Notes under the pieces: generated by a model
What the model was told of the DNA's origin: nothing
Databases searched by the model: none
Seen by the model: the letters and a program-made list of their open reading frames with translations, nothing else
Program-made: the position numbers and the translations under genes
Assembly: GCA_963841435.1 (NCBI GenBank)
Contig: CAWJCS010000003.1
Coordinates: forward strand, 1,487,365-1,551,364
From: an uncultured delta proteobacterium
Lineage (GTDB): Bacteria; Myxococcota_A; Polyangia; Polyangiales; Polyangiaceae
DNA length: 64,000 nt
Reading direction: 5' to 3'
In this document: positions 1 to 11,584 of the stretch, in pieces
Position numbering within the stretch: the stretch's first letter is position 1
How the letters are laid out: every line of letters begins with the position of its first letter

Positions 1-576
1 AAGCTCGTTCACGTGGCGCGGCCCCGTGCGCTTGAGCGTCTCTGCCAGCGTCTCGCCCTCCAAAAAAGGGTGAGCGACGAGGAACGCGCCGCCCGCTTCT
101 CGAGCGATCACGCCTTCGGGGAGTCCCGGGTGCGTCACGCCCGCAGCACGGCGGGTCGCGAGGAGGTAACGCTGCGCGTCGCTCGTCGGCGCACCGGTGA
201 CGATGCGGAGCCGCATCAAGTCGCCGTCGTAGTACGCGCGGTGAACGACGGCGTTCGGCCCCGTGCCGAGCTCGGCGACGAGCGTGAAACCGGCCGCGTG
301 AAGGGCGTCTTCCGTCGGTGGGATCGACGCGCCGTTCTTCGTGCGCAGCGCGCGACCTTCGGTCTGGCGCGCTCCCTCGACGGCGTCGATCAGCGCCTCG
401 ACGGCATCGTGCTCGACACAGCGCTCGGCGAGCGAACGCGCGAAGGACGCCTTGGCGCCGGCGCCGCCGATCGCATCGGGCTCGAGGCCGAGCACGGCCA
501 GTCCAAAATCCTGGAGCTCGACGAGATCGAAAAGGCGCTCGAGCTCCGCGCTCAGGGTGTCACTGGAGAGGGCCAC
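1..576 (-). CDS. N-terminus of a protein-kinase-like (probably pseudokinase) protein; runs off the window
   Basis: Manual translation from GTG at 576: MALSSDTL...FTLVAELGTGPNAVVHRAY...THPGLP...PFLEGETLAETLKRTGP, resembling kinase subdomains I-V. The VAIK lysine appears replaced (MRLRIV). Absent from the ORF track because there is no stop in the window. Confidence 0.6.
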   Translation of the reverse strand, partial: MALSSDTLSAELERLFDLVELQDFGLAVLGLEPDAIGGAGAKASFARSLAERCVEHDAVEALIDAVEGARQTEGRALRTKNGASIPPTEDALHAAGFTLVAELGTGPNAVVHRAYYDGDLMRLRIVTGAPTSDAQRYLLATRRAAGVTHPGLPEGVIAREAGGAFLVAHPFLEGETLAETLKRTGPRHVNEL

Positions 577-726
577 GGGCGGTCTTTTACCACTACTGTA
601 AGCGCCCGGCGTTATTCGCCACGCGGGCGCCAGAGACACCCGGAAGAGCCCCCACGCGGCCGGGCCGGCTGCGGCCGGGCCGGGCCGGGCGTGCGGGGCA
701 GGGCCCCTGCTTCCCGCCGCGATGCA

Positions 727-3310
727 TCAAGGCCAGTCGACGAGCGCGCCGCGGAGCTTCCAGTCGCCGTCCGTGTCGGCGTCAGCGTAGACGAGCTCGT
801 CGGCCTCGAGCGCGAGCGGCACGCCCACGGCGGCCCGCGACCCGAGGCTCAAAAGCCGGCGGGGCTTGAACGACCCGAGATCGGACGGCACCACCGCGCC
901 GTAGATCCCGGCGTCGTTTCCGGCTCGGATCGACACGAGCACGTGGCAGCGGTCGGCGACGCAATCCAGGGCGAGCGCCATGGGCTCGCCGCTCTCGAGT
1001 GGGAAGCGCCGCGGCTGGCCGCGGGCCGCGCCCGACGCGTCGATGAGCTCGAAGACCACGGCGGCGCTGCCAGGCGCTTCCTCCCGACCGCGCTCGAGCC
1101 AACCAAGCAGGAAGCCGTCGCCGAGCGGCTCGAGCTTGGGGGAAAACGAATGCCCGCGCGTGGCCATCACGCGCCGCTCGGCGCCCATGGGCGTCGCGTC
1201 GCGGCTCGCGAGCCGCGCGAGGTAAATGTCGGCCTCCCCAGGCTGCTCGGGGTCCCGCGCGTCGGCCCAGGCGACGAGCCCCGAATCGCCCGCCGCGACC
1301 AGTGTGGCACCCGTGGCCGAGCCCTTTGCCTTGGTCACGCGCTGCTCGCTACCGATGCGGGTTAGCTTGGCGTCGAACGCGCGACGCATAGAGCTCCGGA
1401 TCGCCGTCGCGCTCGTCGACCCAGGCGAGCAGCCAGCCGGTGTCGACGGGCGCGGCGGCAACGTCACCCGCGTCGCCGCTCTTGCGCGTCAGCATCCGCT
1501 GCGAGCGCCGCGTTCCGTCAGCCGTGAGCAGCGTGAGGAACACCTGCGGCTGCCCGGCGTCGACGCCCGTCCACGCCGCGAGCAGGTCGCCGGCGGCCGA
1601 ACCGGGCGCGAGCGCGATGCCGCCGATCGAATGCGCGCGCAAGGACAGCGAGACCGGAGTGCCGCGCGGCGCACCCGACGCCTCGAGCGGCAGCAGATCG
1701 AGCTGGGCGCGCAGCGGTTCGTAGCGTCCGTCGGGAGCAGGCGCCCTCAGCTTCACCCACGGCGTCGTGGGGTCGAAATCGGTGACGTAGCCGGCGAGCC
1801 AGGCGGACCCGGCACGCGTGAGCGCAACGTCCGCGAGGGCGTCGGTGCTCGCGAGGACGCGATTTTCGCGGATGCGCGGGCGCTCGCCGCCACCGATGCG
1901 TCCGGCGGCGGGGCGAAACGTGTCCGAGCGGTGCTCGAGCTTCACGAGATAGACGGGCGCGGGCGCCTGGGCGAGCGCGGCGAGCGCGAAGCAGCGCGCG
2001 TCGCCGCACGAGAGACCGAAACCGAGCTCGGCCGGCTCCCCGGCGAGGGCGGCGAGGCGAAACGGCTCGGAGGCGCGAAGCTCGAGGCTCGGACCGAGGC
2101 GCACGTAGGTCGGCAGCACGTCGGCGTCGTCGCACTTGGCGCCGCGCCCGCAGGCCGCGCCGAGCGTCAGCGCCGCCACGCCGTCGCCGACGGCGGCCAG
2201 CTCTGGCACGGAGGCGTCGTCGGAATCGAACCAGACGCGGCCCCGCTCGGCGCTGGCTCGCCCACCGGCGTCGATGGCCGCAATGTCGAAGGCGCGCAGC
2301 GTGCCGTTGCGCGCGGAGGGGCTTTCCCACGCGGCGTAGGCGCGAGCGCCGCCGGGGCGCGAGACGAGGCGCACGAGAACCTGTTCGCCGAGCGGCTGCG
2401 TCAGCGGGCCGGCCGGCACGCGGACGGTGCCGTCGGCGCCCACGACGGCCCGGTAGACGCGGCTCTCGCCGTCGCGCGAGTCGGACCAGGCGGCTATCAC
2501 GTTGGTGCCCAGCGCCGCGAGATCGAAGTCGAGCCCGGCGTGCCCCGGCGCGCTCACGGGCACGGGCGCGCCGCCGGCCTCCCCGTCCGACCCGAGCAAG
2601 CGAACCTCCACTGCCCCGTCGGCGCGGACGACGCCGATGGCCGCGCCGCCGGCGAACGGAATCGCCTGCCAGGCGCGTACCCCGGTCACGAGCGGCCGAG
2701 GATCGCCCTCGGGCTCGCCCTTGTCGCCGAGCACGACGCCGACGAGCTCCGCGCTCTCGTCGCGCTGCACGGCCCACGCGACGAGCCAGCGCTTCCCGAG
2801 CGGCACCACCTCGATCCAGAGCGCGCGCGTCCCGAGCTCGACGAGCGCCCGCGGCGGCGCGACGAGCTCGCCATTGTCGCGAACCAAGGTCACCTCCACC
2901 CACTCGCCGAGCCCCGTGCGGCGCGTGCTCGCCACGGCGAGCACGGAGGCGCCCGGCCCGCCGCGCACCACGACGAGCCCGATGTCGGGCGGCGCGTCCG
3001 CGATGCGGCGCGCCGGCGCGATGGGCGTCCCGTCGGCGTCGGCCGCCAGCGCGTGCCAGCCGCGCCCACCCTCCTCGGCCGCGGCCCACACGACGAGCGC
3101 ACCATGCGCGCTCTCGCCGACGTACGGCCCGAAGGTGCCGTCCGGCACGCGTGCGACCTCGGTGGCGTGCAGCGCCGGTACCGCGGGCTCGCTCGCACCG
3201 GCCACGGCTTTCGGCGGCGCGCGGCGCGCGCTCTTCGGCAAGGGCGTGCTCGAGCCGCAGGCGAGCGAAAGTGCGAAAGCGACGCAGGCGAACGCGAGCC
3301 GTCGGTCCAT
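727..3310 (-). CDS. Large lipoprotein with repeated beta-rich modules; one +1 frameshift near 1377
   Basis: ORF 1349..3310 has a lipobox (FALSLAC) and repeated AW.D.RDG..(E/R)(V/L/I)Y motifs. These continue in ORF 727..1467 after removing one A at ~1377 (ELYASRVDAKLTRIG). Confidence 0.7.
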
Positions 3311-3362
3311 GAGGGCGCGAAACGTACCACCGACCCCGGCGCTCTCAAGCTACGATGGCACG

Positions 3363-5021
3363 GTGACGCTGGCCGTGCGCCTGCTCCTGGCGATCGCCGC
3401 GGTGACGCTCACGACCGCTGCCCTCGCCGGCTTTGCGGTACGGGAGGCGTGGCGGCGCGCCGAGGAAGATCGTTTCGCAAAGGAGTTTCGCGGCGGCGCG
3501 ACCCTGCTCGGCGAGGCCCTGAAGAGCGAGCTCGGGGCGCTCCCGCCACTCGTCGAGCCCGTGTGCCGTCACGATCCGATCGTCGATAGCGCGCTCGTGG
3601 GGCTTTCTGCCGGGGATCTCGGCGCGCGAAAATTGTCGATCGGCCTGCGCGTGCCGGAGCTCGGGCGCGGCCTCGGGCTCGACGAGCTCGTGCTCGTGAC
3701 CTCGCGTGGGGAGATCTTGGGCGCGCTCGGACGGGGGGCCACGGCGGCGGACTCGCGACGGCTCGTCGAGCGCATCGCGAACGGCGGCGGCGCGGGCGTG
3801 CGCAGCGAGGCACCGCTCGCCGTCGAGGCGACGTGCCGCCACGGCGATGCTCGCGAATGGGTCGGTCTGTATGCGGCGCGTCACCTGGACGCGCTCCTCG
3901 CACGCGTCGGCCGTTCGTTCGACTTCAAGCTCCAGCTCGGCGAACCTGCGCCCGACCCCACGCTGCTCACCGAGACGCTGAGCCTCCCCGAGCTCCCCGG
4001 CGTGACGATCACGGCGTCACGCTCGCGCCGGCCGCTCGTGCAAGCCCTGCGCGGCCTCGACGCGACGCTCGTCGCCATCGGCGCCATCGCCCTCGCCGGC
4101 GCGCTGCTCTCGGCACTCCTGCTTTCGCGCGGGCTCGCGCGGCCGATCGTCGAAATGTCCCGGCAAGCGGCCGCCGTCGTGCACGGCGAGCCCCAGCCGG
4201 TCGCGCCCGGCGGCGGGCGCGAGCTCGTCCAGTTCGCCGAAGCGTTCAACCGTGCGATTTCCGACCTTGCGGCGCTACGCAAGCGTCTCGCGGCGACCGA
4301 GCGCATCGCGGCACGTCGCGAAATCGCGCGCCGCGTCGCCCACGAGATCAAAAACCCACTCTTGCCCATTCGGGCGGCGGTGGAAACGCTGCGCCGCCTG
4401 CGCGCCCGCGCCGACCCCGCGTTCGACGAGTACTTCGACGAGGCGACGCGCACCGTGCTCGACGAGGTCGCACGCATCAGCAACATCGTCGGTGAGTTCA
4501 CACGCTTCGCCCGCCTGCCACCGCCACGTCCGGCGCCGATGGATCTCGTGGAGGCAGCGAGGGCCGTTGTCGGGCTGCACGCCGGCGAAGGCGCGAAGGT
4601 GACGCTCGCGGGCGAGTCGCGGCTCGCCATCGTTGCCGATCGCGACCAGATGGTGCAGGTCGTGACGAACCTCGTGCAAAACTCGCTCGACGCGGTTCAG
4701 GGCCGGCCCGACGCGGAGGTGACCGTCAGCGTGCAGCTGCGCGACGCGCGAGCGTGCCTCGTCGTGACGGACAACGGACCCGGCTTCCCGCGCGAGCTCG
4801 TCGAGCGCCCGTTCGAGCCGTACTTCACGACGAAGGCCCATGGCACCGGCCTCGGGCTCGCCATCGTCGAGCGGATCGTCGTCGAGCACGCGGGAACCAT
4901 CCAGCTCGACACCGCTTACCAGGGGGGCGCCCGCCTCGTCATCGAGCTGCCGATTTCCGGACCGACCCTACTTACCGAAGCGCCCCCGGTGCCGAGCTCC
5001 GAGCGGGAGACCGGCTCCTAG
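3363..5021 (+). CDS. HAMP-domain sensor histidine kinase (NtrY-like)
   Basis: Two TM segments, H-box VAHEIKNPL, N-box NLVQNS, G boxes DNGPG and GTGLGL. Start moved to GTG 3363. Confidence 0.9.
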   Translation: MTLAVRLLLAIAAVTLTTAALAGFAVREAWRRAEEDRFAKEFRGGATLLGEALKSELGALPPLVEPVCRHDPIVDSALVGLSAGDLGARKLSIGLRVPELGRGLGLDELVLVTSRGEILGALGRGATAADSRRLVERIANGGGAGVRSEAPLAVEATCRHGDAREWVGLYAARHLDALLARVGRSFDFKLQLGEPAPDPTLLTETLSLPELPGVTITASRSRRPLVQALRGLDATLVAIGAIALAGALLSALLLSRGLARPIVEMSRQAAAVVHGEPQPVAPGGGRELVQFAEAFNRAISDLAALRKRLAATERIAARREIARRVAHEIKNPLLPIRAAVETLRRLRARADPAFDEYFDEATRTVLDEVARISNIVGEFTRFARLPPPRPAPMDLVEAARAVVGLHAGEGAKVTLAGESRLAIVADRDQMVQVVTNLVQNSLDAVQGRPDAEVTVSVQLRDARACLVVTDNGPGFPRELVERPFEPYFTTKAHGTGLGLAIVERIVVEHAGTIQLDTAYQGGARLVIELPISGPTLLTEAPPVPSSERETGS

Positions 5022-5131
5022 GCCCAGGTAGCCGGGAAAAAGCTGCTGCTCTTGTTCCGAGGGCCTCGACCTGAGTACGATTTCGATCTGCGGTGCCGCC
5101 TCGAGCCCTCGGGCGCGGCCACCGACTCGCG

Positions 5132-6737
5132 ATGGAAAGCCTTACACCACGACAGGTTCTGGGGATCGGGGCGCTGATCGCGAGCCTGCTCGCGACATCG
5201 CTCGTCGCGGGCTTCGAACAGCGAGCGTTCGTGCTCGGCGCGATCGTCACGCTCGTGGGCGCGATCGCCATCATCTATGCGGGCGGCGGCGGTGGCTCGA
5301 AGGAAACGGTCGAGCGGCTGCGTGCGGCCGCTCAGAAGGTCCTCGAGGGCAAGCGCCCCGACGTGCCGCCGGCGGCGCCGCCCGACGTCGCGCGGGCGTA
5401 CGAATCACTCGGCGACGCAGCGGATGCCGTGGCGGCACGCGTTCGCGCCACGGAGACGCTCGCCGACGGACTTACGGCGCTCGTCACGGGCCTCAAGCAG
5501 CTCACCGAAGGGGTCGCGACCCAGCTCACGGCCAGCGAAGAAGCCACGCGCTACGTCAAGGAGACCGCCGAGTCGTTGCGAGCCGCGGGGCAGAACGTCG
5601 AGGTGCTCGCCGCGAGCGCCGAGGAGTCGGGCTCGTCGATCATCGAGATGACGGCCAGCAACGAGACCGTGGCCGAGAACATCGTGGAGCTTGCCGGCAG
5701 CGTGCGCGAGACGGTCGCGTCGATCGAGGAGATGGCCTATTCCATCAAAGAAGTCGCCAAGAACGTCGACGCGCTCTCGCTCACCGCCGAGGAGACCAGC
5801 TCCAGCATGAACGAGATGGACGTTCTCGATCGACCAGGTCCAGTCGAACGCGAACGAGACGGCGCGCCTCTCGGAGGAGGTCGCTCACGACGCCGAGCGC
5901 GGCGCCGAATCCATCCTCAAGACCATCGGCGAGATTTACCGCATCAAGGAGAGCAGCCAGGAAGCCGTCAGCGTGATCTCGAATCTGGGGTCGCGGATCG
6001 ACGCCATCGGGCAAATCCTCAACGTGATCGACGACGTTGCGGAGCAGACCAACCTGCTCGCGCTCAACGCCGCCATCATCGCCGCGCAGGCCGGCGAGCA
6101 CGGCAAGGGGTTCGCCGTCGTGGCCGACGAGATCAAGGATCTCGCGGAGCGAGCGGGCGCGAGCACCAAGGAGATCGCCGATCTCATCAAGACCATCCAG
6201 TCCGAGAGCAAGAACGCCATCTCGGCCGTGGAGCGCGGCGCGCAGAACGTCGACCGCGGCGTCGAAGTCTCGAACGAGGCCGAGCGGGCTCTGAAGAAGA
6301 TCCTCGAAAGCTCGCAGAAGAGCACCAACATGGTGCGCGCCATCGCGCGGGCCACGGTCGAACAGGCCAAGGGCAGCAAGCAAGTGACCGACGCCATCGG
6401 CCGCATCGCCAGCACCGTGCAGCAGATCGCCGCCGCGACCGCACAGCAGGCGCGCGGCTCGGAGCTCATCATGCGGAGCGGCGAAAAGATGCGCACCATC
6501 GCGCAGCAGGTCGAGCGCTCGACGCAGGAGCAGTCGCGTGGCAGCCGACAGATCACGCAGGCGATGGAGAGCATCAACAGCATGGTCGGGCAGCTGTCGA
6601 CGGCCCAGCGCGCGCAGGTGCGCGGCGCCGAGCGAGGCCTAGCGATCGTGTCGCAGCTCGACGAGGCCGCGCGCAAGCAAGACGCGGCCCTGCGCGAGAT
6701 CACCGTCAAGGCCGAGCGCACCCAAAAGCGCGCGTAG
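5132..6737 (+). CDS. Methyl-accepting chemotaxis protein; one frameshift at ~5823
   Basis: Two close TM helices. Signalling hairpin [35 protein letters not shown] in ORF 5973..6737. Frames join on removing one T (GACGTTCTCG to GACGTCTCG). Confidence 0.9.
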
Positions 6738-6739
6738 CC

Positions 6740-7522
6740 TCACGGCTGCTCGTCCCAGCCGATCTCGCGAGCCGTCAGCTTTCCGACGTGGAGCTCCGCG
6801 AGCGAGCTCGGGCGCGCCTCCTCGGTGAGCGACACGGCGCGGTTTCGCGCCATGATCTCGGCGTAGCGCTGCGGGTAGCGCGGCTCGCGCTCGGGCTCGG
6901 CCAGCCCGTCCGGCAGCAGCACTCGACCGTCCGGCCCGTAGCGGTCATTGGCCCCGAGCGTGTGAAAAAGCTCGTGAGCTGCGACGAACAGCGCCGTATC
7001 GACCGTCTCCTCGTCGAGCTCGGCGAGCGCCACGCCCACGCGTCCGCCGTGCTCGCTCATGCCCTCCACGAGCGCGCGATCGGTCGTCGGGCGCAGGACG
7101 AGATAGACGCGAGCATCGAAGCCGCGCGACGGCACGGCGAGGCGCCGGTTGACGTTGCGCGTGAAACGGTAGAGATCGAGAGCGTGGTGTGCGGCAGCGA
7201 CGAGGCCGTCCGCGGGGGCCGGCGGGGGTGCGACACCGAGCGCTGCCGGCCCGTAGATCGCGAACGAAAACGGCTTCGGGGCGCTCGGCCGGTAGCGCGC
7301 GAGCTCGTCGTGCAGACGGACGCCGAGATCGGGCACGCGCGCGCGCAGCGCCTCGAGCGCGGGCGCGTCCACGGCGCCGTCGGTCACGATCACGAACGCG
7401 ATGTCGAGGGTCCGGTGCCACTCGTTGCGCTCGTGCCGGCGCGACACGTCGTGCCACGCGTAGAGCAGCACGCAGCCCAGCACCGCGAGTAAAAAGAGGA
7501 GACGGAGCGTGCGCGCGCGCAT
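6740..7522 (-). CDS. Membrane-anchored putative zinc metallopeptidase
   Basis: N-terminal TM; AHELFHTLG (HExxH+G) and a downstream EIM Met-turn-like motif. Confidence 0.6.
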   Translation of the reverse strand: MRARTLRLLFLLAVLGCVLLYAWHDVSRRHERNEWHRTLDIAFVIVTDGAVDAPALEALRARVPDLGVRLHDELARYRPSAPKPFSFAIYGPAALGVAPPPAPADGLVAAAHHALDLYRFTRNVNRRLAVPSRGFDARVYLVLRPTTDRALVEGMSEHGGRVGVALAELDEETVDTALFVAAHELFHTLGANDRYGPDGRVLLPDGLAEPEREPRYPQRYAEIMARNRAVSLTEEARPSSLAELHVGKLTAREIGWDEQP

Positions 7523-7537
7523 CCGGCCGCCGCCGCC

Positions 7538-9166
7538 TCAGTGACTCTTGCCGCAGCTACCCGCGCCGGGGGTCGTCGCCTCGAGCGCGTAGTCGCCCAC
7601 GTCGATCTGCAAGGGCACGGTGAGCTCGGCCGCGAAGCGGCCGCCGCCCTCGGTGGGGACCGAACCCAGCGCGAAAGCGCGCCCGTCGCGGCCGCGCAGC
7701 GAAAGATCGACGCGCGCGAACGGGCAGGGCTCCCCCTCCGCGCGAACGCTGCCGTGCAGGCGGATGCGACCGCCGCGCCGCGCGTCGCCGGAATCGAGCG
7801 CGAGCTCGACCATCGACGCGGGTCGATCGGAAGCATCGTGGAGAGCTCCCTCTTCGGACGACGCGCCGGCGTCCGGCGCGAACGACGCGGAGGCGCCGGG
7901 CGCCGCCGTGGATCCCGTGCCGGTGCGGCCCCCCGGCGAAGCCGGGCCCTGACCGGCGAGCGGCAGCACCGAGCGCGCGAGCGTGCTCTCGGCGCTCTCC
8001 GAGCCCGCCGGCCAGGCGAACGGATCGTCGGGGGGCACGTGCGGCGAGGCGCGCGAGGCAGGATCGAGCTCGAAGCGCCCGACGGCACCGCCGAGATCGA
8101 TGCGATGCCAGATGGCGGCGTCGAACACCTCGACCCAGGCGTGCGCCTCGTTGCGCACGAGGCGCGCCGGCAGGCCCAGCCCGAGCGCCGTGATCACGAA
8201 GGCAAACGCGCGGTGGCGGCAGACGCCCTTCTTCGACAACGCGAGCTCCCGGTAGAGCTCGACCGGCTGCCGTGACGTCGGCAGGTCGTCGGACGACGCG
8301 AAACTGCGAAAGTGCGCGACGAGCGTCGCGAGGGCGTCGCGCGGCGACACGCGCTGGGAAAGGTGCAGCGACGAGAGCACGTCGCCCGCGGCGTTGCGCA
8401 ACGCCGCGGGCAGAAGCGGCGCGCTCGGCACGAGGCTCCCCCAGCTCACGTCGGGAAACGGCGAGCCGAACGACGCGCGCGGCGCCGCGAGCTGCATGAC
8501 CAGACGCAGCCGCTGCCGTGTGGAGCCGAGCAAGAACCAGTTTTCGGCACCGTCGCGCACGATCTCGACGGGTACGGGCGGCTCGACGCGCAGCGCGAGC
8601 ACGCGCGCGCCCGGACCCACGCTCGGAATGCGCACGGGCACGCCAATGGCGCTATCGACGAACAGATCGCCGAAGAATTGGTCCTCGCCGGGCAGCGCGC
8701 CGCCCCCCATCTCGACGCGCCGCAGGCGGCGGTCGGCGACCGTGAGCTCGGCGGAGTCGTCGGGGGCGTCGTAGGCGTAGAGCCGCTTGAACGGGGTCAC
8801 CGACGGAACGAAGGGGTCGTCGTAGCTTGCCGCATCGGGGCGCCTCGTGTCGCGATCGATGCGGTAGCTCGCGTCGATGCTGTCGGGCGTCGAGCTGCCG
8901 CCGTAGGCGCGCTCGGGCGGAGGACGGCGCTCGGCGGGTGCGGGCACGACGCCGCTCGGCGTGTCAACGGCAGCGGGCAAGCGACCGTCGGCCGTCGTCG
9001 CGTGCAGCGCGAGATCGTCGGCGGGATCCGGCGGGATGAACTCATGCTCGACGAGACCCTCGGCGAGCACGGGAGCCGCAAGCAGCACGACGAGCGCAAA
9101 GGGCGCCACGCGCCTCGCCGTCCTCGGCTGTCGAACCCGGAGCATCCCGCGAATCCTACGCCGCAT
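7538..9166 (-). CDS. Secreted transglutaminase-like domain protein
   Basis: Signal peptide; GVCRHRA...NEAHAWVEV...WHRIDLG (Cys-His-Asp triad). Confidence 0.8.
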   Translation of the reverse strand: MRRRIRGMLRVRQPRTARRVAPFALVVLLAAPVLAEGLVEHEFIPPDPADDLALHATTADGRLPAAVDTPSGVVPAPAERRPPPERAYGGSSTPDSIDASYRIDRDTRRPDAASYDDPFVPSVTPFKRLYAYDAPDDSAELTVADRRLRRVEMGGGALPGEDQFFGDLFVDSAIGVPVRIPSVGPGARVLALRVEPPVPVEIVRDGAENWFLLGSTRQRLRLVMQLAAPRASFGSPFPDVSWGSLVPSAPLLPAALRNAAGDVLSSLHLSQRVSPRDALATLVAHFRSFASSDDLPTSRQPVELYRELALSKKGVCRHRAFAFVITALGLGLPARLVRNEAHAWVEVFDAAIWHRIDLGGAVGRFELDPASRASPHVPPDDPFAWPAGSESAESTLARSVLPLAGQGPASPGGRTGTGSTAAPGASASFAPDAGASSEEGALHDASDRPASMVELALDSGDARRGGRIRLHGSVRAEGEPCPFARVDLSLRGRDGRAFALGSVPTEGGGRFAAELTVPLQIDVGDYALEATTPGAGSCGKSH

Positions 9167-9182
9167 CGTGGGCCTGCGCCGC

Positions 9183-11516
9183 TCAGAACCCGAGCGCCTG
9201 GTCGAAGTAGTAGCTGAGCTTGAGCGTGACCTCCTGAAAGCCGCTCACGGCGTTCCCGGCGATGGGAGCGTCACGGCGATACACCAGGTAGAGGTCGCTG
9301 CCCGGAAGGTACTGGTAGCGCAGACGGGCTTGCGACCCGAAACGCTGCTTGTTCGGTTCGAGCGTGAGGCGCGCGAGCAAGTCGAGGCTCAAGGTCGGGG
9401 TCGCCGAGAGCACGAAGCCGCCGTTCATGACGCCGAACGCGAAGCGCTCGCTCGCATCGTCGAGTCGCCCATCGAGGTAGCGATAGCTCACGTTGGCCTG
9501 AAAGTAGCGGCTCGGCTGCAGTGCGAGCCCCTCCGTCAGGTCGTGGCGGTAACCGCCGAATACGCGCAGGTACGAGTAGTTGAGGCTTGCGTCGAGCGAG
9601 CGCCGGATGGGCGTGGTCAGGCTCAACGCGAGCACGGGGCCGCGGTAGACGCCCGCCGCCACCTCGTAGCCGAAGAGCCGGAAATCGTCGTCAACGTGGT
9701 CGATGGCGTAGCTGGCCGAGGCTTCTGCAATCTGCCCCGTTTCCATTCTGACGGTCATGAGAGCGGTGACGTTGTCCTTGAGGGCGCGCGAGTAGTCCTG
9801 GCTGAACGTCCCGCTGGCGACGCCACCGAGCTGGACCTGTTCGATGCCCCAGCTGTTCAGGCGCGGCACGACGCGAAGCGTGGCGTAGTGCTCGGCGGCG
9901 GAAAGGCGACTGTAGTAGCCGAGCGCCGGATCGAAGTCGTGGCTGCTCAAGGACCAGTCTGCGTACGTTCTGACGACGCGTCCAGCGTACTGGAGCCTCG
10001 CATAGGCGCTCTCGCCACGTGCGGTGCGCTCGGGCTCTCCGCCCGCGAGCTCACCGGTCGTCGGGTCGAGCGCCCCGGCCACGGCCGGCTCTTCGGTCAT
10101 CACACCCGTGGCAAAGCCGTAGAGGCTGAATTTGCCGTCCTCGGAGCGCAGCTCACCGTCCACGCCGAGCGCCAGGTGGTCGCCGGGCGCCACGCGCTGC
10201 CGGGTGGCGCCGATCACGCCGACGAACCCGCGCCGCCCGAGCGTGTGGCGTAGCCGCGCCACCGCCACGGTGTCCGCCGGGCTGCCGGGGTCGGTCGGGA
10301 CACGCTCATCGGCCAGGCGCGGGAGCGTTTGCACCGCGAGCAGCGAATACGAGAGGCTGCCCGTGTGCCCGTAGGCCTTCCCCGCGGCCAGGATCGGCAC
10401 CACCTTGTCGCCGTCGAGACCGATGCGTCGCGTGTCAACCAGCTGGCGGTACTTGGGCTGCCCGAAGCGAAGCTCGTTCAAGCCGTTGATGAAAAACGGG
10501 CGTTGCTCGGGAAAGAAGAGTGGGAAGCGATCGCTCTGCACCTCGACCTGATCGATGGCGACGTGCGAAAAGTCGGTGAGTAGGCTGAGCTCGGCATACG
10601 AGCCCGGCCCGGTTTGCACGCGCGCGTCGACGCCGGCGCTCAGGTTCGGCCGGTCGCGGGGATCAACCGCAAAATCGCGGGTGAAGTCGGTCCGCGCCAC
10701 GACGTACGGCACGATCTCGAGCGCGCGCTGAGTGCGGATGCCGGAGAGGCCGCCCAGGGTACCGTACGTCGAGGGTGCGTCTGCCTTCTGGGGAGGGTCG
10801 GCGAGCTGAAGGTCGCTTTCGGTGCTTGGCGTCACCGTCGTCCGGCTCACGCTGAAGCCCATCCGCCGAACGGTGCTCGCTTGAACGCCGAGGATCGAAA
10901 ACGGGATTCGGTATTCGACGACGTATTCGCCAGCTGCTCGACCGACCCTCGCCTCCCACACGCCGTCCCACTGCGGCACGACGCTGCGCCCGTCGTCGTC
11001 GACGATGGCGTCGTATTTTGCCTCGCTCGCGTTGACGGCGAACAGGAACGCGGCGCCCTGTGCGCGATTCGGCTCGATGCGCAGCACGACGCCGTCGTCG
11101 TCACGGATGGCCTCGTCGTCGCGACGCAGCGTGCGGGCCACGGGCTGGACGCGCGTGCCGGCGCGCACGAGCACGAAGAGCGCCTCGTCGTCGTACGCCA
11201 CCTGGATCACGGTCGGTTCGCGGGCTGGGCGGCCGTAGACGGGCACGCGCTCGACGAAGCCCCCGGCGCGGGGAGCCCGCCGCCAGACGAGGTCGTCGGC
11301 CTTGCCGTCGACGACGACGGGCTCGCGCACGCGTTCGGCGCGGACGAAAGCGGAAGCCGCCGGCACCGCCGGTGCGCCCGGCGGCACGGGTGCCTCGGCC
11401 CAGGCCTCGCCGCCCGTTGCCATCACGCCCGCCACGAGCCGCGCGCCGCGAAAACGCCGCGCCCGGCGGCGACCCATCTCGAGAACCTGCACCGAGCTCG
11501 TCACCGTAGGTCGCAC
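9183..11516 (-). CDS. CBM9-like + DUF5916 outer-membrane protein
   Basis: VVDGKADDLVW, VAYDDEALFV and VEYRIPF (CBM9-like); RFPLFFPEQRPFF...RRIG (DUF5916); C-terminal beta-strands. True start probably later than 11516. Confidence 0.75.
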   Translation of the reverse strand: MRPTVTSSVQVLEMGRRRARRFRGARLVAGVMATGGEAWAEAPVPPGAPAVPAASAFVRAERVREPVVVDGKADDLVWRRAPRAGGFVERVPVYGRPAREPTVIQVAYDDEALFVLVRAGTRVQPVARTLRRDDEAIRDDDGVVLRIEPNRAQGAAFLFAVNASEAKYDAIVDDDGRSVVPQWDGVWEARVGRAAGEYVVEYRIPFSILGVQASTVRRMGFSVSRTTVTPSTESDLQLADPPQKADAPSTYGTLGGLSGIRTQRALEIVPYVVARTDFTRDFAVDPRDRPNLSAGVDARVQTGPGSYAELSLLTDFSHVAIDQVEVQSDRFPLFFPEQRPFFINGLNELRFGQPKYRQLVDTRRIGLDGDKVVPILAAGKAYGHTGSLSYSLLAVQTLPRLADERVPTDPGSPADTVAVARLRHTLGRRGFVGVIGATRQRVAPGDHLALGVDGELRSEDGKFSLYGFATGVMTEEPAVAGALDPTTGELAGGEPERTARGESAYARLQYAGRVVRTYADWSLSSHDFDPALGYYSRLSAAEHYATLRVVPRLNSWGIEQVQLGGVASGTFSQDYSRALKDNVTALMTVRMETGQIAEASASYAIDHVDDDFRLFGYEVAAGVYRGPVLALSLTTPIRRSLDASLNYSYLRVFGGYRHDLTEGLALQPSRYFQANVSYRYLDGRLDDASERFAFGVMNGGFVLSATPTLSLDLLARLTLEPNKQRFGSQARLRYQYLPGSDLYLVYRRDAPIAGNAVSGFQEVTLKLSYYFDQALGF

Positions 11517-11584
11517 GGCGCGCCGAGGAAAGGGGTTCCATTGAGGTGCCGGTCCCCGGGGCCCGCATCGGCTAGCCTTCGTGC

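Noticed and set aside
5815-5830. Programmed frameshifting or true pseudogenisation of the MCP, LysR and kinase genes
   Set aside because: No slippery sequences, both halves are intact, and the same one-base doubling recurs in unrelated genes.
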